From: Podarcis gaigeae
Taxonomy: Eukaryota
Length of the DNA stretch: 64,000 nt
Assembly: GCA_964106915.2 (NCBI GenBank)
Contig: OZ066925.1
Reading direction: 5' to 3' (one strand)
Both the position numbers and the translations under genes were made by a program. This document shows, in pieces, positions 56,749 to 64,000 of this stretch (position 1 is the first letter of the stretch; every line of letters begins with the position of its first letter). The notes beneath the pieces are model-generated. The model had not been told where the DNA came from, made no database searches, and was given only the letters and a program-made list of their open reading frames with translations.

Positions 56749-57244
56749 TAGTCCTTTCAGCAGATTGCCTGCTTTTGTATATCATTTCAATGAATTTTCT
56801 ACTGCTCCGCTGCCAGTTTCCCAGGGCATTGTCTTCTGGTCTTCGTGCTTTCTGAATAACAATATTAATAAACACTCAAATTCCAGGTAGCAGCTTCACT
56901 CGCTTTGCAAAAAGCAGTCTCATCTTGAAAGTTTGTTATTTTGTTGGATGGCTCAGTTTTGACTTGGGAGAGAATAATTGGATATGGCATCTATTGCTTT
57001 GTTCATGTGCTTAAGTTTTTTATTGTGGCTCTATTTCAGTAAACAAAATGAACAGTGTGGTATCACAAGTTATTTGGGATAAGGGATAAGGCTGCACTTC
57101 CAATATAAATCTATACAGTTCTGTAACTTATTCTTTCTCATGTAATGTCTCCCTGCCAACTGCAACGGTATCCTCCCTAAAGGCTGATTCATTGCAGCCT
57201 TTTCAGCAAAATATATTCATACTGACATAGAGCAGTTTCCTATC

Positions 57245-57365
57245 TACACAACATCAGATTTTTGGACTACAACTCCCATCAGTCCTAACTATCATAGCCA
57301 TGCTGGCTATGGCTGATGGGAGTTAAAGGCCAAAGCATTTAGAGGGCCCCAGGTTGGTGCTGGCT
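57245..57365. mobile_element. Short hairpin MITE family (ggactacaactcccatc...gatgggagtt); other decayed copies at about 3345-3460, 22425-22560, 32405-32510, 40510-40600, 44460-44590, 49300-49395, 54125-54250 and 54705-54850
   Basis: Recurrent self-complementary motifs cagatgttg / caacatctg and actcccatc / gatgggagt. Confidence 0.6.
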
Positions 57366-60300
57366 GCTCTATATTGTTACACAAATTTGAGGTGTCCCTG
57401 CCTGCATGATGAGAATGATGAGTGCAGCATCAGACATGCATATAAGGGTTATTGGGATCAGTAGCAGAACTTGGAACCTCAAATTTCAGTGGCACCCTGT
57501 GCAATGCCCCCCTCCCAGCCTCTCGCCTTATGTGGGATCATAGTTACAACACCTCATAAGCTTTGCGCCCATAGATCTGCCTTTGTTGGGGTGCTTGGTG
57601 TCAGTCCTTTGAGAACATACATATGTACTAGCATGAGATTGGGAGAGTATAGGAGGCTGGTACATAGACACCAGAATTTAGGAAGCAGAAGGTTTATGGG
57701 AAATCTGTGTTGATAAAAAGCATGTAACTTAAGTAAATTGTTAAATTTATTACAACTTCTGACTGAAGGAGTGTAGCTAATAATAATTAGTATGTACCAA
57801 AGTACCTCACCAAAGGGTAAAAATATAGAAATCTAATAAAATTGGAAGGGGGAAATGTAAGATTGCAATACATTTTTCCTAATGCTATTTTTATTATCTG
57901 ATATTGCTATAGGAAAGACCTAGAATTGTTTGGATTTCTTGAATAGTGTATATTTAACCTATTTGGAGCTCTTTCAAGGTTATTTTTTAGTTTAATGAGT
58001 TTTGTAATTGTTTGGCTTCAGATATCTACAGCATTCATTGTAATGTTTCTACCTTTCCCCCAGTGAATTGTTCTCTGCTTTAACCTCATCCAAGTTTTTG
58101 TCTTGTGGGGATAAATATACAGTCAAAACAAAGGAGGAGGATATGGGCAATTCTGTTGGAATGTGTAGATTAGAAATCACAGTCTCAAATGGAGCAACAG
58201 AAAGGGGAGAAGAGTGAGGAAGCAATGAGAGGAAAGGGAAGTAAGAATGGATGCTCTTTAGTTGGTTCAGAATACCTTCTTTCTCACTCATCTGTGAAAG
58301 AACTGTTCCTCAGATCCTGGAGGTGAGATCCTAGTTGTTGTTTTCTTCACAAATTTCCTGAGGCTGACCAATGCTTTCAATGAATTTTGCACTGCAAATT
58401 CACAAGTGGTGTAAATTTCACTAATTTCTTCAACTCCATTTGTTATCTCTCTAGGCAGGTAGATATGAGTAACCTTGGCTAATTATTTATATAACCATTG
58501 CGTTTTTCCAAAGCATTTTTTACCAGATGGAGGGGGGCAACATTCCTGATAAGGATAACTCCCCCTGCTGGACACAGGCAGGATCTTCAGATTCTTGTTC
58601 CCTCTCCGGGGCAGGGGGAGTCATCCCATCTCTTTAGATGCTAGGGGCAGTTGACTCTCCCCTTGAGAAGCACTTGTCTGAGTACTTGTTTCAGTGGATT
58701 TTGTGTACAATCTCAGTTATCCTCTCTTTAGTTTTTGTTTTCCATTACCCCCCTTTGTTTTTCATCATATTTTCTCTCCTTCCCTGCCATTCTGGGAAAG
58801 GGGAGAATGTAGTAGGTGGTTGGGTTCTGGGCCTGAATGCCAGACAACCACCTAAGGATGTCACAGAAGCAACAGGGACAGGAGATTGCATTTCCCCCCC
58901 TCGTTTTGGAGAGCAGGAGTGCCATTTTATATTTCTCCTCAGCAGTTCTTCTGGAGGCCCCAACAGCTTGAGACCTGACTGCTGCATCTGGGAGTTTAGT
59001 GGCTTTCATGTTCTCTGTGCTCACTTCCTGATTCATTGGGCTGAGTTGGGTCTCTATCTTATTCCTTGATGATTAATTGGGAGTTTTGAAGAAAGGCAAC
59101 AGTGGGTGAAGTCGTGTTAGGCCTTCCTGCATTTTGCATTGCACCTGTGCACCCAGAATGATTAACTTTCCCCCTCACGGCGATGGCGAAGAGGAGGGAG
59201 TCTATGCACACTCCCTTGGAGGATCCAGGCAAGGGGCCCCTAGTGATTCTCTGGGTCAGATGCAGTTGACTATGGAGAGCTCCCCCAATGATTCTGAAAC
59301 TTTTCTTCAGGCTCATGGTCTAAACTCTTTGAGGAATCTCTGGAAGTCCACTTAGTAGAGACCAGGGATAAGAAGAAGTTTCTGCCTTCTATCAAAAAAC
59401 CTGAGAAGAAACCACGTCAGGCACCTCTGCAGTTCTCTAAATCTTGACATTTCTCTTCCCTTCAGTACAGATTGACAAGATAGGAACACCATTTTGGGAA
59501 TATTATCATAGAGAGTTTGTGCTACAAATATATATCTGTTAAATATACAAGCAGCAACAAAACATGAGACATGAAGAAACATAAGGACTCGCTGTCCCTT
59601 CATAGGTTTTTGTGTGTTTTTTTTTTAAAAAAATCCTGATTTGTGCTGGTACTCATGCCGTGTAGAAAAAATAGTCTTAACTGCAATGCCCATTATTTAC
59701 TCACTTTCCTCTCAGAATGATGCAAAGTTATGAATATGACTTAACAAAGTTTGCAGTCTAACATGTAAAATGCTCCTGATAAGTGAGGCCGAGGAGGAAT
59801 ATGGGCTGAAAGACTGTGAGGGTTAATAAAATTACCCTGCTAATGTCATGCAAACAGTCTTCTTTTTTCTTAGTGGCCAAGCATCTCCTGTATGCTCCAT
59901 TTCTTTTGTAATTTCTAAGGAGGGATAAGAAATGGCAGCCTCCTCCCACACTATTCTATTTAAGAATGTTTAAGCAAAAAGTGGGAAATGCATTTACACA
60001 TTTCTCTATGTATTTTCACTATAGATTTTGTACTGCTCCAGAGAGCCTGCCACTTTGCCTTATGATCTGTAAGGGAAAATACAACGGTTCCTAATGCAGT
60101 CCTCTAATACTGTTGTCACATTATGAACTCATGATGCATTCACTACTCCATTACCTTCATATTGAGAGCTTAGAGTTGGAATAAACCATAGGAGCTATGC
60201 AGCCTGACACTGTTGCCCCGCAGCTGAAAATTGTGTATTTTAGGTTTCCTTGATGTATGACCGTTTAGACTTTGAAAAATCTCTCATGTCAGATAATCTT

Positions 60301-62560
60301 CCTAAACAACATAAAAAAATAATGGGGGGGGGGGAGAGAATAATGAGTATTTAGTTTTACATTGAGTCTCATGAACTAAGCTGTGCTACTGCCTTGTACC
60401 TTGTGCCCCACCTAAGAAGAGCAGGTGAAAGGTCCATCTAGTCCACTATTCTGTTCTGCCAAGGGCCAAATAGATGCATATGGGAAACCTACAAGTAGGA
60501 TCTGAGGTCAGCACTGCACTCCCCACTTGTGATTGTTATCAAGTGGTTTTCAGAGGCAAACTGCTTCCAATAGTAGAGGCAGAACATATCCATTGTGGTT
60601 AGTAGCCACTGAGAGCCTTATCCGTGCATTTGTCTAATCCTCTTCTACAGCCATCCAAGTCCACCTCAACTCTACAATTCTATGCTTCTAGATGATCCAC
60701 ATGGCTCCAAATCCATACTGCTGAATATTGCCATCACTTTTACTGAAGTAAAGATAGTTACTTCCAGTGCATAGCACTTATCTTCTAAAGTAGTTTCTTC
60801 CTTTTTTCCAATCCAAAGGTAAAAATAAGCTTAGCCGGACAGCTTCTTGTTGCCTCCTTTGATTGCTGTTATAATAGCTTGCTGAGCACTGAAGTCAAGG
60901 TGACTGGTTCTTTGTAATTTTCTGGGTTTTCTGTTACACTTTTCAGCAGCAGCCACAACAAAGAACCATGTTTGCTTTCCTGGGACATTACTTGTCCTCA
61001 GTGAGTTTCCTGGGATATCACTCGCCCACAGCGAGTTCTCACAGATAAATGCCAGTGGATCTCAAGCTCCGCCCCTTTCATCTGCTTCTTCTTCAGCTGT
61101 GTCTTTTACCATTTTCCGATGTCTGTATGTTCATTATGCTGACTTCTACCCACATTTATTTTGTACCTTTCTACTAACTGAGCCTCTTGCTTTCTTAACT
61201 CTGCTACGTCCTTACAAATGAAAAGCCTCCCTGATGTTTTCTATCATGTCTGGTCAGTTTCAATTCAGTATCCCAGTTTCACTTATCTGTCAGGGCTTCA
61301 CATGCTCTTGGGTGTGCTTGGATATATTGCAGACAAGCAAGCACACTTATCTTGGCATCCAACTCGTATTGGGATGTTATTTGCAGTGTTGCAATTTGTT
61401 TTCCAAATTCAGGCACGCTGATCATATCTAGATACGTTCTGTGGTTGTGTTGCCTTTGGAAGTGCAACATCATTGCCTGAGCCTGTGCAGGAGTAGTGTT
61501 CTCATATGTAAGAAAATGCTGATTTTTAAGACTTGTATGTATTACTATTTAAATGCCATGAACAAACCACTGAATTGCTCTGCACACAAGTCATTTGTGC
61601 TGCTTCTGAACGTAGCTCCCAGTGTTTACCTATGTAAGTGCCTTTCAGGCTGTTTACCAGTATAGCAGCTTCTGAGTGCATCACAGTTTCAGCCCCAAAC
61701 TATGGCAGAAGGCAGAAATGGCTGGCAGGGAAGGGCACCACAGTGGACCAGCACTGCCTTCTTGCCATATACTGGGGCGAAAGAGCAGTGAGGATATAGC
61801 AATGTGGTCACACCGGCAGCAGTGCTTGATTGGTTCTGCTAACGTGCCAGCATCTGCCCAACTTCAACAATACACTGCCCTGGCATGTGGCAGCAACACT
61901 GGTGCTTGGAGGCCAGGTCCATGGCAGTGCCACTCTCCACTAATTGCTCTTGTTGATAGGGGAACACAATGGCTGTTCACACTGCCCCCAGAGAGAGTGA
62001 GAGTGAGAAGAATGGGGAGAGGAGGTGAATTAAAAAGCAGAGCTGGAGTTGCCAACACTCCAAAACAATGCTGTTTTCTTTCTGCCTGCGTGAACAAACA
62101 TTGCAGGGCTCTGTATCTGTATTTGCTGCTCAGGAATAATCGTGCAGTTTTTTTCCTGTGTTGTGTGCAGCTGGAGAAGCCAATGGGCTTTCTCCAAATT
62201 TCAGCCCCAAACACAGGCATGACTTTTCCCTAAGACAAAATATGTCACCTAGTTCTAGCTTACTGTGTCCTGGTTTGTGCAAAGGACTAAACTATGGTTA
62301 GCATAAACCATAGTTGATGAATCATAGTTACAGCAAAACTGTAACTTAGATCTTGTTTGTTAGGTCACCGAAGAGTTAAAAGCACCAGTGAGAGCGGCCA
62401 AGCCTTGAGAACATATGTGTGTGTGTGTGTGTGTGTTTCTTTTCACCTAGAAAATTGGATAACCTTTTGTGGAAAAATTGAGTATTTTAAAATTATTTAT
62501 TAGTGTAATAAGGTACAAGATAACGCAGACCCATACACATTATTGGGAACATTGACATCT

Positions 62561-62700
62561 AGTTACAGGTAGGTAGCTGTGTTGGTCTGCCGTAGTCGAA
62601 ACAAAATAAAAAAAATCCTTCCAGTAGCACCTTAGAGACCAACTAAGTTTGTTACTGGTATGAGCTTTCATGTGCATGCAGACTTCTGAAGGTATCTGAA
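62561..62700 (-). mobile_element. Penelope-like element terminal fragment with a disrupted hammerhead motif
   Basis: aggtagctgtgttggtctg...gtagcaccttagagaccaac...tgagctttc resembles reptile Penelope pseudo-LTR ends as recalled; the minus strand has stem II-GAAA-GCUC-AUACC. Confidence 0.6.
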
Positions 62701-62719
62701 ACACAGTTTAGCATTATAG

Positions 62720-62977
<258 letters not shown>

Positions 62978-64000
62978 TAAGGCATATTAGGTGAATATGA
63001 GCAAATAATGTGAAGACCTGCTGTCAAACATGTGCAGCTTGAAGTGGAGCACAGGAAAATAAACTTCTACTACATTTCACATGGACATTTCCTTTTAGCA
63101 GTGGTCTCCAAATTGGATTTCCACATTAATATGGGAACTAATGTTTTCAAATCATGGGTGACAGCAAATGCAGATTATAAACTGTTGCATGTACTTTGCT
63201 TGAGTGCCTACAGACAACTGATTATTCCCTGTCTTTTGTGTCCCTGTTGGAAAGCTTGCTGTTTGTCACACTACATGAACATCCCCCCCCCCCCCCTGTC
63301 TCAGAGCATTTACAATTAATCTAGAACAAGATGTATGAATGCTATGATTTGGAAATGAAGAATCTGTAAGGGCAAAAATGTGGTTGTTTCTAATATTATA
63401 GCTACATGGTAAAGACACCCCACAGTTATTAATTTAGCAAGGCAATTCGGAGAATCCCTGTTGTACAATGTCTCTTAAAGAAAATTATCATAGTATATAG
63501 GCTGTGCACAAATGTTTCCACAATAATTGCCTTTGTGGGTGTAGCAAATGTTGATTGTATAAAGCTGCCTTATTTTGGACCAAATTATTGTTCAGTATTT
63601 CAATATCTCCAGTTAGGTCTGGGAGAAAACCCTGCCTGAAATTAAGGAGAGTCACTTCCAGACAGGATAGACAATTGGTCTGACTTGGTATAAGGCAGCG
63701 TCCTACATTCCTATCCCAGTTGTCTTTACTCAAGACTTCAAGCAACGATGCAACTAAAATTCATTTTTCTTTCTAAGAATTCAAACTCCTCCATCCTATA
63801 ATAATCTTTCTCCCTCTATCCCCCTTTAAGTTCTTCTAAATATAAGAACATAGGTCTCTATCTCTCTCCGGTGTATTGAATGCTGCAAAAGGAGTGTCCT
63901 AGGTGATAGGGAACTTAGGAAATGCAACTTTCCATGCCACTAGTATTCATGCTAAGGACATAGGTACCCAAGAAATCTATGGATGGAGACCAGTTGGTGC

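Noticed and set aside
59000-59950. Possible L1 endonuclease remnant on the minus strand (RIIGGAL, NRYIFVA)
   Set aside because: The motifs are too degenerate to call without a profile search.
60950-61450. Possible ancient CR1 ORF2 fragment on the minus strand (ELKLTR-like)
   Set aside because: Only faint similarity, and the boundaries cannot be defined by eye.
61676-62233. 185-aa ORF, the longest in the track
   Set aside because: GTG start, no recognisable domain and no splice context; consistent with a chance intronic ORF.

Overview
This is vertebrate genomic DNA, not a prokaryotic window. It is squamate, probably a lacertid lizard, inferred from the Sauria SINE copies. The whole window appears to lie inside the PARD3 (Par-3 polarity) gene on the + strand. 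Six GT-AG coding exons (92, 84, 126, 383, 140 and 129 nt; 954 nt, 318 codons, phases consistent) encode the pre-PDZ linker, PDZ1, the PDZ1-2 linker and PDZ2. From memory these match human exons 6-11. The introns are full of transposon debris: an RTE LINE, CR1, L2 and L1 fragments, four Sauria SINEs, Tc1/mariner and hAT MITEs with TSDs, a probable solo LTR and a Penelope-like end. Nearly all ORFs in the track are chance ORFs. I found no well-supported new biological system. The best leads are: (1) a Penelope-type hammerhead ribozyme core broken by a 14-nt micro-inversion just upstream of the last exon; (2) a 59-bp intronic RNA stem that pairs fully in the sense transcript; (3) inverted and direct Sauria SINE pairs around the PDZ1 exons; (4) a candidate internal first exon for an N-terminally truncated Par3; (5) a sense-oriented solo LTR; (6) a YCAY/UG-rich acceptor on a frame-symmetric PDZ1 exon.
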